The notes: a model not told the origin generated them from the letters alone. A stretch of 64,000 nt of DNA from Candidatus Latescibacterota bacterium (GCA_965206595.1 OZ242214.1:1472001-1536000); one strand, 5' to 3'; positions 14,048 to 24,177 are shown, numbered from the stretch's first letter. Program-made: numbers and translations.

Positions 14048-14959
14048 ATGGTTGAGCTGGCTACGAGGTTCGCCGGGATCGAACTGCGAAACCCGGTGCT
14101 CCTGGCGTCCGGGACGTGCGGGTATGGCGAAGAGCTCGAACCATTCGTCGATCTGGGGCGGGTAGGGGGCTTGGTGACCAAGACGATCACCCCCGAGCCA
14201 CGATCCGGAAATCCCCCTCCCAGAATCGTGGAAACCCCCGCGGGGATGCTAAACTCGATCGGGTTGCAGAATCCGGGCCTTCAGGGTTTCATCGCCGACA
14301 AGTGGCCCTACCTGCGGGAGCTGGACACCGAGGTCGTCGTCAACATCGCCGCCCCTACCGCAGAGCTGCATGGCGAGATGGCCGCGGCGCTGGATGCTCT
14401 CGACGGTATTGCGGCTCTGGAAGTGAACATTTCCTCCCCCAATATGCGCGACGGGGGAATGCTGTTCGGCTGCCGGCCGGAGGCGTCGGCAGAGGTCATC
14501 GCTGCAGTCAAGGGGGCTACGAAGCTGCCGGTAATCGCCAAACTCACGCCCAACGTCACGGACATCGGCGAGATCGCCAAGGCGGTGGAAGGGGCCGGAG
14601 CGGACGCCATTTCGCTGATAAACACCCTGGTGGGTATGGCAGTCGATGTCCGGGAGAGGCGACCGTTGCTGGCCAATGTCACCGGCGGCCTCTCGGGTCC
14701 TGCGATCAAGCCGGTGGCGCTGGCAATGACATGGAAGGTGCGGAACGCTGTCGCCGTGCCGCTGATCGGAACAGGGGGAATATCAACGGCGACGGACGCA
14801 ATCGAGTTCATGATCGCAGGGGCCACCTGTGTGCAGGTGGGCACCGCGACGTTCGTTATCCCTGATGCCGCTCTTGCTGTCGTCGACGGCATGCGCGCGC
14901 ATTGTGAAGAGAACGGCATCGACGACATCAACACGATCGTTGGCACTCTGAAGACCTAG
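14048..14959 (+). CDS. pyrD: Dihydroorotate dehydrogenase (class 1B) catalytic subunit
   Basis: NPVLLASGT, GMLNSIGLQNPG, NISSPN, KLTPN and GGLSGPAIKP motifs. Confidence 0.95.
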   Translation: MVELATRFAGIELRNPVLLASGTCGYGEELEPFVDLGRVGGLVTKTITPEPRSGNPPPRIVETPAGMLNSIGLQNPGLQGFIADKWPYLRELDTEVVVNIAAPTAELHGEMAAALDALDGIAALEVNISSPNMRDGGMLFGCRPEASAEVIAAVKGATKLPVIAKLTPNVTDIGEIAKAVEGAGADAISLINTLVGMAVDVRERRPLLANVTGGLSGPAIKPVALAMTWKVRNAVAVPLIGTGGISTATDAIEFMIAGATCVQVGTATFVIPDAALAVVDGMRAHCEENGIDDINTIVGTLKT

Positions 14960-14981
14960 CTCTCGACGGGAGGTAGCCACG

Positions 14982-15506
14982 GTGGCCAGCGCGCGGTCGA
15001 CGGGATCCCGCAGCACCCTGTTCTCCCTGCTGCTGTTGTGGACCCAAACGTGGGTGTTCCACACTGCCTGCACTCCCCAACCCATATACAGGAATACCCC
15101 CTCGGAAATCGCGGCATCCTCCGCTTCCGCCGGGCGCGGGGGGCGAATCGCGAAGCCGCGAAAGACCGCCCACCCGGTCGACGTTTCCAAGATCTCCAAG
15201 GAGAACGCATACCAGATCGGAGTGGCTTCCTATTACGGCGAGAAGTTCCACGGCCGCAAGACGGCGAACGGCGAGATCTTCAACATGTACAAAATGACCG
15301 CCGCTCATCGCGTGCTGCCGCTGGGAACGATGATCCGGGTCACCCATCTGACCAACGGCAGGAGGGTGGTCGTGAAAGTGAACGACCGCGGGCCGTTCAT
15401 CGAGGGAAGGGTGCTCGACCTTTCCTTCGCCGCCGCACTGGAACTGGAGATGGTGGCCGCCGGGACCGCGGAGGTTATGATCGAAATCGTCCGCGAGGTC
15501 AACTGA
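14982..15506 (+). CDS. rlpA: Septal ring lytic transglycosylase RlpA family
   Basis: GVASYYGEKFHGRKTANGE, TAAHRVLP and VNDRGPF..GRVLDLS motifs. Confidence 0.92.
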   Translation: MASARSTGSRSTLFSLLLLWTQTWVFHTACTPQPIYRNTPSEIAASSASAGRGGRIAKPRKTAHPVDVSKISKENAYQIGVASYYGEKFHGRKTANGEIFNMYKMTAAHRVLPLGTMIRVTHLTNGRRVVVKVNDRGPFIEGRVLDLSFAAALELEMVAAGTAEVMIEIVREVN

Positions 15507-15525
15507 CGCGGCGGTTCGGGCGGGT

Positions 15526-16215
15526 TCATCCTTCCTGCATCGGGACGAAGCGCACGGGCATGAGCGTTTTTTGCTCGAGCCGTTCGCCCGCATTCCGCCG
15601 CACCAGGACGAGCTCCTGTTTCACCGATCCGAGGGGCAGGATCATGCGGCCCTCCGGCATTAATTGCTCGCAGAGCCTGGGCGGAATCTCCCTGGGGGCG
15701 GCCGAAGCGACAATGGCATCGAATTTCGGCCCTGCACAATGGGGCCATCCCCGCGCTCCGTCCCCCACGAAATAGGAAATGTTCGTGTAGGCCAGCTGCC
15801 CCAAGGTTTTCCGGGCGCGCTCGGACAACTCAGGATAGAGCTCCACTGTGCAAACCCCGGCCGACAACTGGGCGAGCAAGGCGGTCTGATAGCCACAGCC
15901 CGTGCCGATCTCCAGAACGCGTTCCGTCCCTCGCAATTCGAGAGCCTGAAGCATGTAGGCGACCACATAGGGTTGCGAGATGGTCTGATCGAAACCGATC
16001 GGAAGGGGGTGATCTTCGCAGGCCCGGGTGCGGTATTCCGGGGCGACGAACAGATGTCGCGGAACCTGTCGGAAAGCAGCGAGCACATCGAGGTCGGCAA
16101 TGCCTCTGGCAACCAGTTGCGACTGCACCATGCGCTCACGGTCCGCGGTGAAATCGACTTCGTAAACCCCCGAGTGCAGGTTCGTTCGGTCTTTTCGGAA
16201 CCAGCCAGGCATCAC
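15526..16215 (-). CDS. pcm: Protein-L-isoaspartate O-methyltransferase
   Basis: VPRHLFV, QTISQPY, VLEIGTGCGY and VRFVPM motifs. Confidence 0.93.
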   Translation of the reverse strand: MMPGWFRKDRTNLHSGVYEVDFTADRERMVQSQLVARGIADLDVLAAFRQVPRHLFVAPEYRTRACEDHPLPIGFDQTISQPYVVAYMLQALELRGTERVLEIGTGCGYQTALLAQLSAGVCTVELYPELSERARKTLGQLAYTNISYFVGDGARGWPHCAGPKFDAIVASAAPREIPPRLCEQLMPEGRMILPLGSVKQELVLVRRNAGERLEQKTLMPVRFVPMQEG

Positions 16216-17168
16216 ATTTCCTCCAGGGCACTCAGGACGGTGCGAACGACGACGGCGACCGGAATCGAGTCGATATCCCCGTTTTCCGAGGCGATCACCG
16301 CGGCCTTTGGCCCCAGCGGTCTCCAGACCACCGGGTTCGTCGGCCCGAACAGGGATACCGTAGGGGTTCCCACCGCGGCGGCTACGTGCCCCGGTCCGGA
16401 ATCGTTGCCGACGAACAGGTCGATGCGCTCGAGAACTGCGGCCAGTTGCGCGACGGTCCTCGGCGAAATGCGGAAGACACTAGGAAAAACCAACTGCCCG
16501 ATGTCCATTTCGGCCTCCAATTCTACCGGACCGAGGAGGAGGATGACTCGGACTCCTGCGCCAAGCAACTCATCAACCATCGCCGCGAAATTCTGTTTCG
16601 GCCAGCACTTGTGCACTCCTCCGCCGCCCGGGTGAACGGCGACCAACCGGTTACCTTCCCGGCGGCGGAGGATCGAAATCAGGTCCCCGCCCAGATCCCG
16701 CTCCAAGTGTTTTCGTTGTTCAGGTCGCAAGGTGATGCGAGGCTCCCACTCGTTCACCGGTACCCCCAACTCCCTCAGGGGTTGGCTCAGATGACGGGTG
16801 ATGTGCTGGGCAAAGCCTGCCGGGGGCCGCGGGTCCCAAACGGCGACATCTCCCCCGACGAGCTGCTGAAGGCGGTTCCGAAGCTCGTGGACACGCGAGG
16901 AATAGGCGAGCAGAAAGCGACTGCCGGAGAGCGCGGCACGTTCGGTGGGCGGGATGTCCGAAGCGGAATCGTAAAAAGAGGCGACAGCAGCCCCGCCGAC
17001 GTCTGTAAAGAAATCGGAGCCGGCGACGTCTGCCATCATTCGAGGAAAGACGAGATGGATCGGCAAATCGCCGAACTTTCGGCGGAGAGCCACCGTTGCC
17101 GGCAGTGTTAGGACGGCATCACCCAGTGCTCCGGAGCGCATGACCGTCAAGTGCTGTTGGGTGGTCAT
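16212..17168 (-). CDS. Glycosyltransferase family 9 (heptosyltransferase-like)
   Basis: GALGDAVLT, HPGGGGVHKCW, GNDSGPGHVAAA and LFGPT motifs. Start placed at MTTQQ (17168). Confidence 0.85.
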   Translation of the reverse strand: MTTQQHLTVMRSGALGDAVLTLPATVALRRKFGDLPIHLVFPRMMADVAGSDFFTDVGGAAVASFYDSASDIPPTERAALSGSRFLLAYSSRVHELRNRLQQLVGGDVAVWDPRPPAGFAQHITRHLSQPLRELGVPVNEWEPRITLRPEQRKHLERDLGGDLISILRRREGNRLVAVHPGGGGVHKCWPKQNFAAMVDELLGAGVRVILLLGPVELEAEMDIGQLVFPSVFRISPRTVAQLAAVLERIDLFVGNDSGPGHVAAAVGTPTVSLFGPTNPVVWRPLGPKAAVIASENGDIDSIPVAVVVRTVLSALEEM

Positions 17169-17169
17169 C

Positions 17170-17198
17170 TTGCCAAAGACAGAGCTGCCCTGTATCTT
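17170..17198 (+). promoter_or_regulatory. Sigma70-like promoter for rplC
   Basis: TTGCCA (17170-75), 17 nt, TATCTT (17193-98). Confidence 0.55.
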
Positions 17199-17314
17199 CG
17201 AAAATTCGTTTCCCGCAAGTAACTTAAGATGCATCTCACGGGGTGGCGCGAGGCGACCGCAAGCCGACGAACCACGCTGGGCGGGCGCAAAAACCGCAAG
17301 TGATACTCACGAGC

Positions 17315-17935
17315 ATGGTTGGACTGATCGGAAAAAAACTGGGGATGACCCAGGTCTACAACGACAAGGAGGAGCTCGTTCCCGTCACCGTCGTGGCGGC
17401 AGGTCCCTGCCCCGTCGTCGATGTCCGCACGACCGAGCGCAACGGCTACACCGCGGTTCAGCTCGGCTTCGAAGAAATCGACCCGCGCAAAGTGAACAAA
17501 CCCGAGGCAGGTCATTTTGCCCGGGCAAACGTCTCCCCTCAGCGCATCCTGCGCGAATTCAGGTCCGCGGGTGCTATCGACATCGAGATCGGACAGGTGC
17601 TCAGTGTCAGCCAGTTCGAGGTAGGGGACAGGGTGAAGGTCAGTGGCACCTCCAAAGGCAAGGGGTTTGCAGGCGTCGTCAAGAGATATGGATTCGCCGG
17701 AAAAAAAAGCTCCCACGGTACTCCTGACCGGGTTCGCCATCCCGGGTCGATCGGTCAGGGAACAACCCCTGGTAAGGTGTGGAAGGGCAAGAAAATGCCT
17801 GGGCACATGGGTGCCCGCGCAGTTACGACCCGGGGGCTTATCGTGGTAGGGGTCGATCGGGACCGAAACCTGCTGTTCGTCAAGGGGGCCGTTCCCGGCG
17901 CTTCCGAGGGGTACGTGACGATCCGTAAACAGTGA
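17315..17935 (+). CDS. rplC: 50S ribosomal protein uL3
   Basis: MVGLIGKKLGMTQ, GYTAVQLG, SKGKGFAGVVKR, PGSIGQGTTPG and VKGAVPG motifs. Confidence 0.97.
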   Translation: MVGLIGKKLGMTQVYNDKEELVPVTVVAAGPCPVVDVRTTERNGYTAVQLGFEEIDPRKVNKPEAGHFARANVSPQRILREFRSAGAIDIEIGQVLSVSQFEVGDRVKVSGTSKGKGFAGVVKRYGFAGKKSSHGTPDRVRHPGSIGQGTTPGKVWKGKKMPGHMGARAVTTRGLIVVGVDRDRNLLFVKGAVPGASEGYVTIRKQ

Positions 17936-17995
17936 GATCCCGAGGGGCGTTCGCGCTTCCGGTTCGAGCGACAACAACCAAGACAAAGGGAAGTG

Positions 17996-18019
17996 GCGGC
18001 TTGCAAGGCCGCTTTTTTT
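17996..18019 (+). terminator. Intrinsic terminator after rplC
   Basis: GCGGCT-TGCAA-GGCCGC hairpin followed by T7. Confidence 0.75.
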
Positions 18020-18362
18020 ATCCAGGGGGCCACTCCAACCGGCGTCCGCCCAGCACGTGGACATGTAGGTGGTCCACTGTCTGCCCTCCGTCCGCTCCCG
18101 CGTTGATGACGCATCGAAATCCACGTTCGGAAAGGCCTTCTGAAGCCGCCACTTCCCTGGCGACGACCAGCAGATGGCCCAGCAGGGACTCGTCCTTCTC
18201 CCCGGCATTCTGAATTCCGGCCAGCGGTTCTTTCGGAATGACCAGAATGTGGACCGGTGCCTGGGGGTTGACGTCGCGAAACGCCATGCTGCGATCATCT
18301 TCGTGGACGATATCGGCGGATATTTCCCCTTTGATGATCTTTGAGAAGATGGTTTCAGTCAC
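18018..18362 (-). CDS. Histidine triad nucleotide-binding protein (HinT)
   Basis: TIFSKII, FRDVNPQAPVHILVIP and QTVDHLHVHVLGG motifs. Confidence 0.95.
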   Translation of the reverse strand: MTETIFSKIIKGEISADIVHEDDRSMAFRDVNPQAPVHILVIPKEPLAGIQNAGEKDESLLGHLLVVAREVAASEGLSERGFRCVINAGADGGQTVDHLHVHVLGGRRLEWPPG

Positions 18363-18408
18363 GACAGGCTCCTCGAGTGAAATGGCGAAGGAATACCACG
18401 CCTGCCCC

Positions 18409-19455
18409 TTATCCGAGGGTTGCGGTCACTCCGCACTTACGGGCGAGATCGTGCAGCAGGGATAGGGTCGAAGCCGCAAGCGGAATACCCCTCTCGCAAC
18501 GGTCAAGGCGGCGCTTCTCCTCCAGCTCGCCGGGCACGAAGATTTCATCCACTCCCGGCATGCGCGGGGAGCGTTTGATGGCAGCCACCATCTCTGCTAC
18601 CTGCATTTTGAACTGGGGCGACCGCATGAAGCGAGCCGGGTCTATGCAGATGAATGAATGACCGACTCCTTTTTCACCTACGTGCCTGGGCACCGCAGCG
18701 CGGTCCACGCCGAAATAGGGGGCGCCGCCGAGAAGGCCGGCGAGAAGCTCGATCAACAAGGTGAGTGCGTATCCCTTGTGCTCGCCGATGGGAACGATGG
18801 TTCCACTGAGTGCTGTTTGGGGGTTGGTTGTTGGCTCCCCGTTCAAATCCCGGGCTACACCCTCGGGCAACGTTTCTCCAGCGGACGCGGCGAGTTCGAG
18901 GTTTCCCGCGGCGATGGAACTCATGGCGAGGTCAATGACCAGCGGAAAATTCTGATCGCCCGGAACTCCCATGGCGATCGGGTTGGTTCCGAACATCGGC
19001 CGTGTACCCCCAGTCGGGGCGAGACGGGGACTGGAAACGGTCATCGAGATGGCGATCATGTCCCGTTCCAACGCCAAAAGGCAGTACGTCCCCGCAGCTC
19101 CGAAATGCCGGGACCGGCAAGCGGTCACCGTGGCCGATCCACTTGCCCGCGCCTTGTCGATGCAGACCGACAGGGCGTGCCGTCCAACCAGTTGTCCGAG
19201 TGCGCCGTCGCCGTCCACGCGCGCCCAGGCGGGCCCCTCTGCGGCGGTGCGTATCGCTGGCGAGGGATTGGTGAGTCCCGACTCAAGCTCGCGGGCGTAG
19301 CGGCCCAGTCTCATGCTTCCGTGACTGTGGATGCCGCGCAGATCCGACTGAACGAGGGTGCCGGCGACGAATTCGGCGTCCTCCCAAGGCACGCGGTAAT
19401 GTGCTAGGACTTGCGCGCAGAGCTCTGTCAATCGGAGATGATGGACTCGCTGCAT
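18409..19455 (-). CDS. Ldh_2 family oxidoreductase (malate/L-sulfolactate/ureidoglycolate dehydrogenase-like)
   Basis: DLRGIHSHG, SRHFGAAG, GTNPIA and HKGYAL motifs. Start placed at MQRVH. Confidence 0.88.
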   Translation of the reverse strand: MQRVHHLRLTELCAQVLAHYRVPWEDAEFVAGTLVQSDLRGIHSHGSMRLGRYARELESGLTNPSPAIRTAAEGPAWARVDGDGALGQLVGRHALSVCIDKARASGSATVTACRSRHFGAAGTYCLLALERDMIAISMTVSSPRLAPTGGTRPMFGTNPIAMGVPGDQNFPLVIDLAMSSIAAGNLELAASAGETLPEGVARDLNGEPTTNPQTALSGTIVPIGEHKGYALTLLIELLAGLLGGAPYFGVDRAAVPRHVGEKGVGHSFICIDPARFMRSPQFKMQVAEMVAAIKRSPRMPGVDEIFVPGELEEKRRLDRCERGIPLAASTLSLLHDLARKCGVTATLG

Positions 19456-19592
19456 CGAGGCTCGATAGGCGTGAGGATGGGGTGGCAATCGGCCGCAATA
19501 TACCAGGGCCAGCGGGAGCTGTGCAACCGCCAACGGCAGCCATCGAAACACTTTGACCCTGAACAAGCCGAACCCTACATTGCGCGAATTAC

Positions 19593-20312
19593 ATGGATCT
19601 CTCCATCGTCGTTCCCGCGTACAACGAATCCCGAAAAATCACCGAAACCCTCGACGCGATTACCTCCTTTCTCGATGATCGCCCATGGCGGTGTGAGATC
19701 ATCGTCGTAGACGACGGCAGCGACGACTTCACCGCAGAGATCGTCGATGAAGCGTCAAGAGGCGACCAGCGCATCCACTGCCTGCGCAACGAGAGGAACT
19801 GCGGCAAGGGGTACTCCATCCGCAAAGGGGTATTGCATTCCCGGGGCGCCGCTGTCGGCTTCATCGACGCCGACAACAAGACGGAAATCAGCGCTCTCGA
19901 TCAGGTAATGGAACAACTCGGCAATCTCGGAGTCGACGGGGTTCTGGGGGACCGCACGCTGCCCGGCACGGACATCAAGCAAGCTCGAAGGGCGTACCGT
20001 CAATGGGGCTCGGAATTGTTTCGGTACATGCTCCGGACCTGCGTGGGGCTCCCCGGATTTCCCGACACACAGTGTGGCTTCAAGTTCTTCAGACAGCCGG
20101 TCGCCAAGGACCTGTTCCAGCGACAATCCGTAGACGGCTACATGTTCGACGTCGAGGTCCTCTTGCTGGCGGTTCGGTCCGGGTACAACCTCGTGCGGAT
20201 TCCGATAGTATGGCGGGACGATCCCGACAGCCGCTTCAAACCGATTACCGGCATGCTGAGAAATCTCGGCGACCTGCATCGAATACGGTGGAGCGCAGGT
20301 CGCTCCAAATAA
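19593..20312 (+). CDS. Glycosyltransferase family 2 (polyprenyl-phosphate glucosyltransferase-like)
   Basis: SIVVPAYNE, VVDDGS, DAD, DTQCGFK and FDVEVL motifs. Confidence 0.9.
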   Translation: MDLSIVVPAYNESRKITETLDAITSFLDDRPWRCEIIVVDDGSDDFTAEIVDEASRGDQRIHCLRNERNCGKGYSIRKGVLHSRGAAVGFIDADNKTEISALDQVMEQLGNLGVDGVLGDRTLPGTDIKQARRAYRQWGSELFRYMLRTCVGLPGFPDTQCGFKFFRQPVAKDLFQRQSVDGYMFDVEVLLLAVRSGYNLVRIPIVWRDDPDSRFKPITGMLRNLGDLHRIRWSAGRSK

Positions 20313-20319
20313 ATGGGGG

Positions 20320-21108
20320 ATGCCTGAATTCCTGTTTCTCGTGGCCTTGGGTGCGGTTGTCGGCACCGTGGGGAGCCTCGTCGGCGCCGGGGGTGGGGTC
20401 ATTCTGGTTCCCGTTCTCATTCTCCTCTATGAGGGGGAGGTGGCGAGCGAGATTACCTCGCTGTCCCTGGTAGTGATTTTCTTCACCGCCTTTTCCGGCT
20501 CTGTCACCTACGGTTGGATGCGCCGTATCGATTACGTTTCCGGGATTGCCTTCGCCCTGGCGGGAATCCCCACCGCAATGGCGGGAGCCTACCTGTCGCA
20601 ACACGTGCCGAGACTCTACTTCGATCCGCTGATGGCGGCGATCCTGGTCCTGCTCGGCGGTTACACTTTTGTCAACCCGCGTTCGCGCAAAGCGAACACC
20701 GAGAATTCTACGGACATCGAGGCAAACACCAAGCGACAATTGCGGCTCGGGTGCATTCTCAGCGCCTACATAGGGGCCGTTTCGGGTATCCTCGGAATCG
20801 GAGGAGGAATTATCCGCGTGCCGGTCATGGTGAAGGTCCTTCGCTTCACCCCTCACGTCGCTACCGCCACATCGCTTTTCGCCCTCACAATCGTCTCCTT
20901 TGCCGGTACCCTCGTGCACGCCTCGGGGGGGCGCTTCGAGGGCCAAAGCGACAAGGCGTTGTTTTTGGCGATAGGTGTGATGGTCGGAGCCCAGATCGGC
21001 GCCAAACTTTCCACCTTGGTGCAGGGCCCCCTGCTGCTGCGGCTGCTCTCGGCGCTTCTTGTGGGCCTCGGTGCCCAGCTTTTTTACACATTGGCACAGC
21101 GCTGGTAA
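20320..21108 (+). CDS. Sulfite exporter TauE/SafE family protein
   Basis: GAGGGVILVP and GIGGGIIRVP repeats, ATATS motif, about 8 TM segments. Confidence 0.88.
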   Translation: MPEFLFLVALGAVVGTVGSLVGAGGGVILVPVLILLYEGEVASEITSLSLVVIFFTAFSGSVTYGWMRRIDYVSGIAFALAGIPTAMAGAYLSQHVPRLYFDPLMAAILVLLGGYTFVNPRSRKANTENSTDIEANTKRQLRLGCILSAYIGAVSGILGIGGGIIRVPVMVKVLRFTPHVATATSLFALTIVSFAGTLVHASGGRFEGQSDKALFLAIGVMVGAQIGAKLSTLVQGPLLLRLLSALLVGLGAQLFYTLAQRW

Positions 21109-21140
21109 CCGTCGCCGGCTAATCGTTACGAGGAGAGAAG

Positions 21141-21951
21141 ATGATGTCATTCAACATGGCCTACAGCACGCTCAGGTGGCAGCTACCGGACCTCGAGCCT
21201 GCCCTGGTCGCCCTGAGGGAAGCCGGGTGGGATAAGCTGGGAAGGGCGCCTGCCGCTCGACTGGCTCGGAACCCCTAGCCGCCTCATGCAGGTGTGCGCA
21301 AACGCCGGCATGCCGATGACGATCTTCACCGCGGTCGGGTCGCCTGACGGCAGGGATTTTGCACATGTGGAGAGGAATCGCCGACGCATGGAGTTCGCCG
21401 CCGAGGTGGGGGTCCAATGCTTCATGTTCATGAGTGGGCCAAAACCGGAGGGAAGGGAGGCCGACGACGACGAGATCCGCCGTGCAGCAGAGGGTGCAGA
21501 CGAGTGGGCGGAGTACGCCGCTGCGCGGGGACTAGAGATAAGCTATCACATTCACACCAACACGCTGGTCGACTCCATCGCCCAGTGGCAGCTGTACATG
21601 AGCTGTCTGAAAAACGCCAAGCTCTGCATCGATGTCTCCCACGCCCGGCTTTGGGGTTACGACCCAGTCGCATCCCTTCGGGATTTCTGGAGCCAGCTCA
21701 ACTACGTCCACCTCCAGGACTTCAGCTCCTGCACGCGTGGTGAGAACGGTCTCTACCATCCGGTCTGGTGTGACGTCGGCGCCGCGGAAAACGTCGACTT
21801 CCCCGCAGTTCTCAAGGCACTGGAGGGCTTGGGCTACGAGGGCGTTATCACCAGCTGCCCGGGAGAGCCCGTGCCAGGAGCGGACGATCCGATCAGCGAG
21901 GCTCGGCGCAGCGCTGCGACCCGTGCTTACCTGCGGGGGTTGGGTTACTGA
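21141..21951 (+). pseudogene. Sugar phosphate isomerase/epimerase (TIM barrel) with an apparent +1 frameshift near 21234
   Basis: SD AGGAG then ATG at 21141 gives MMSFNMAYSTLRW...EAGWD. The protein continues in the +1 frame as WEGRLPLDWLG...YHIH..DVSH..YVHLQD. Confidence 0.7.
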
Positions 21952-21963
21952 CCCCTTGGACCT

Positions 21964-22920
21964 TCAGAAGCCCATGCGTTTGTCGACTACATTCAGAACC
22001 GGCTCTCCTTTGAGGTAGCGTTCGAGCTGTGCCGAGAAGAACTCGTAGACCTTGCGGGGTCGGTGCTGAGAGGCGCCGGCGCGATGAGGAGTAATTACCA
22101 AGTTGGGAGCGTTCCAGAGCGGATCGCCGGCGGGCAAGGGCTCGGCTTCGGTGACGTCGAGCCCGGCACCGGCGATGGAGCCGGATTCGAGGGCTTCCAG
22201 CAAGGCCGCTTCGTCGATTATTCCGCCGCGGCTGGTGCAGACGAGGTAGGCGGTTTCCTTCATACACGCCAACTCTTGGCGGCCTATCATGTGATAGGTC
22301 TCCTTAGTTCTCGGGCAGGCGACCACCACTGCATCTGAACGGGCGAGCATGGTATGCAGGTTCTCTTTCGTAGGGGGGGAGACCTCGGCGACTCCTTCCG
22401 GGGGTTCGGTGCGAACCGGGTCGAGAGCCAGCACCTTCATGTCGTATCCCGCGGCTCGTTTTACGGTTTCCAGCCCGAACCCGCCGAGACCGACGATACC
22501 TAGCACCCCGCCTGTCAGCTCCACCGCGGCGCCTCCTTTCCACTCCCGGCGTATCTGGCTCTGCACGGCAGGAAGGATCCCGCGTGCCAGGGCCAGGAGC
22601 AGGGCCCAGGCGTGTTCACCCCCTTGTGGCGCGTACAGCCCCGCCATGTTGGTGATGGCAACTTCGTCCCGCTCCACGATAACCGGGTCCAGGAGCTTGT
22701 CCATACCGGCGCTGAACGACTGAATCCACCGGAGGCGTTTGCCGGCGGTAGTCACGGGCGCGGGGAAATGACCCATCAGTACCTCGGCGTCGGCGATGTC
22801 GGCCAGGGCCTCTCCGTCCGTGCTGGCGTGCACCAGTTCGTGGTCTCCAAGGCGCGAGACCATCTCCTTCATGTCGTGCAGTTCTTCCTCCGTAAATCCG
22901 TAATAAACGATGACCTTCAC
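21964..22920 (-). CDS. D-2-hydroxyacid dehydrogenase
   Basis: GIVGLGGFG, SRGGIIDE, AGLDV and ITPHRAG motifs; SD GGAGGA before GTG. Confidence 0.92.
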   Translation of the reverse strand: MKVIVYYGFTEEELHDMKEMVSRLGDHELVHASTDGEALADIADAEVLMGHFPAPVTTAGKRLRWIQSFSAGMDKLLDPVIVERDEVAITNMAGLYAPQGGEHAWALLLALARGILPAVQSQIRREWKGGAAVELTGGVLGIVGLGGFGLETVKRAAGYDMKVLALDPVRTEPPEGVAEVSPPTKENLHTMLARSDAVVVACPRTKETYHMIGRQELACMKETAYLVCTSRGGIIDEAALLEALESGSIAGAGLDVTEAEPLPAGDPLWNAPNLVITPHRAGASQHRPRKVYEFFSAQLERYLKGEPVLNVVDKRMGF

Positions 22921-22938
22921 TATAGTCTTCCTCCATGA

Positions 22939-23940
22939 TCAAGTCGGCGTAGTGCCTGCCAGAATGGTGCCGGTCTCCTTCTCCAACGTCCGCTCCAGGC
23001 GTGGCCCCAGTTTGGAAACCACCTCTGCGCCGACAAAACAGCCGAGACGGGCGGCCTCGGCGATCCCGAAATCGCGGCAGATGCCGAAAAGGAAGCCGCC
23101 TGCAAAGCTGTCACCGGCCCCGGTTGTATCGACGGCATGTACGGGTACTGCGTCGACCTGGACCTGGGTTGTGCCAGCGCTGACGACCACACCGTCAGCC
23201 CCCCGCGTTACTACGACCATCGGAACTCGGTGCGCCAGCTCGGAAACAGCTTGATCGAGCTTCGCCGCGCCGGTAAAGACGAGAGCCTCTTCTTCGTTGC
23301 TGAACAGCAAGTCGACTCCGCTATCGACCAGCTGATTAAAGCGCTCCCCGAATGCCTGCACGATCGCCGGGTCGGAAAGCGTCAGCGACACTCCGACCCC
23401 CGCGCTACGCGCCCAGCGCCGGGCGAGACCGCAGGCTTTCATCCCCGGCTCCGAGGTCAGCAGGTATCCCTCCAGGTAGACAAAGCGGCTGCGGCGGATT
23501 ACCTCACGTTCGACCTGGCGGGGGCCGACTCCAGCGCTCGCCCCGAGGAATGTGTTCATGGTGCGGTCGGCGTCGGGAGTAACGAATACCATGCACTGGC
23601 CGGTTTTTCCGCGGCCTCGAGCCGTGGCTCCGCTTTCTACACCCGCCTCACTCAGGTCGCGGCAGTAAAACCCCCCCCACTGGTCATCTCCAACACGAAA
23701 GGCGTAATGGGCACGTCCGCCGCAGCGGGCAAGGGCGATCATCGTGTTGGCTGCAGACCCACCCGAAGCGGAATTCGCCGGGGCCGCGGCCAGAGCCGCC
23801 TGCAGTTCCACCTGGCGATCTTCATCAACGAGGGTCATCACTCCCTTGGCAATACCGTGATCCCGTAGGAAGGATGGGTCGACGGGATATTGCAGATCGA
23901 CGAGGGCGTGACCTATGCCATATAGATCGTTGTGGTCCAT
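22939..23940 (-). CDS. PfkB family kinase (adenosine kinase-like)
   Basis: GIGHALVD, GGSAANT, RTMNTFLGA and VDTTGAGDSFAGGF motifs. Confidence 0.92.
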   Translation of the reverse strand: MDHNDLYGIGHALVDLQYPVDPSFLRDHGIAKGVMTLVDEDRQVELQAALAAAPANSASGGSAANTMIALARCGGRAHYAFRVGDDQWGGFYCRDLSEAGVESGATARGRGKTGQCMVFVTPDADRTMNTFLGASAGVGPRQVEREVIRRSRFVYLEGYLLTSEPGMKACGLARRWARSAGVGVSLTLSDPAIVQAFGERFNQLVDSGVDLLFSNEEEALVFTGAAKLDQAVSELAHRVPMVVVTRGADGVVVSAGTTQVQVDAVPVHAVDTTGAGDSFAGGFLFGICRDFGIAEAARLGCFVGAEVVSKLGPRLERTLEKETGTILAGTTPT

Positions 23941-24177
23941 ACCTATTCGCGGGCCTCAGAATTGCAATTGGATGAATTTCCATGGAGCGAAACGAAAACA
24001 TAAAAAACCGCAACGGAGAGCCCGGCAAAATGTCGCAGTAGGAGAAAAACAGCCTGGAAGCCTTTTCAGCGAAAGAGCTGGCGGTTATATTCGGTTATAA
24101 TAACCACTAAAATCGCATCTGAATGCGAGTCGACGTGATCTGCCAAACGTCAAACCCCGAACCACAGGAGGTATCAT

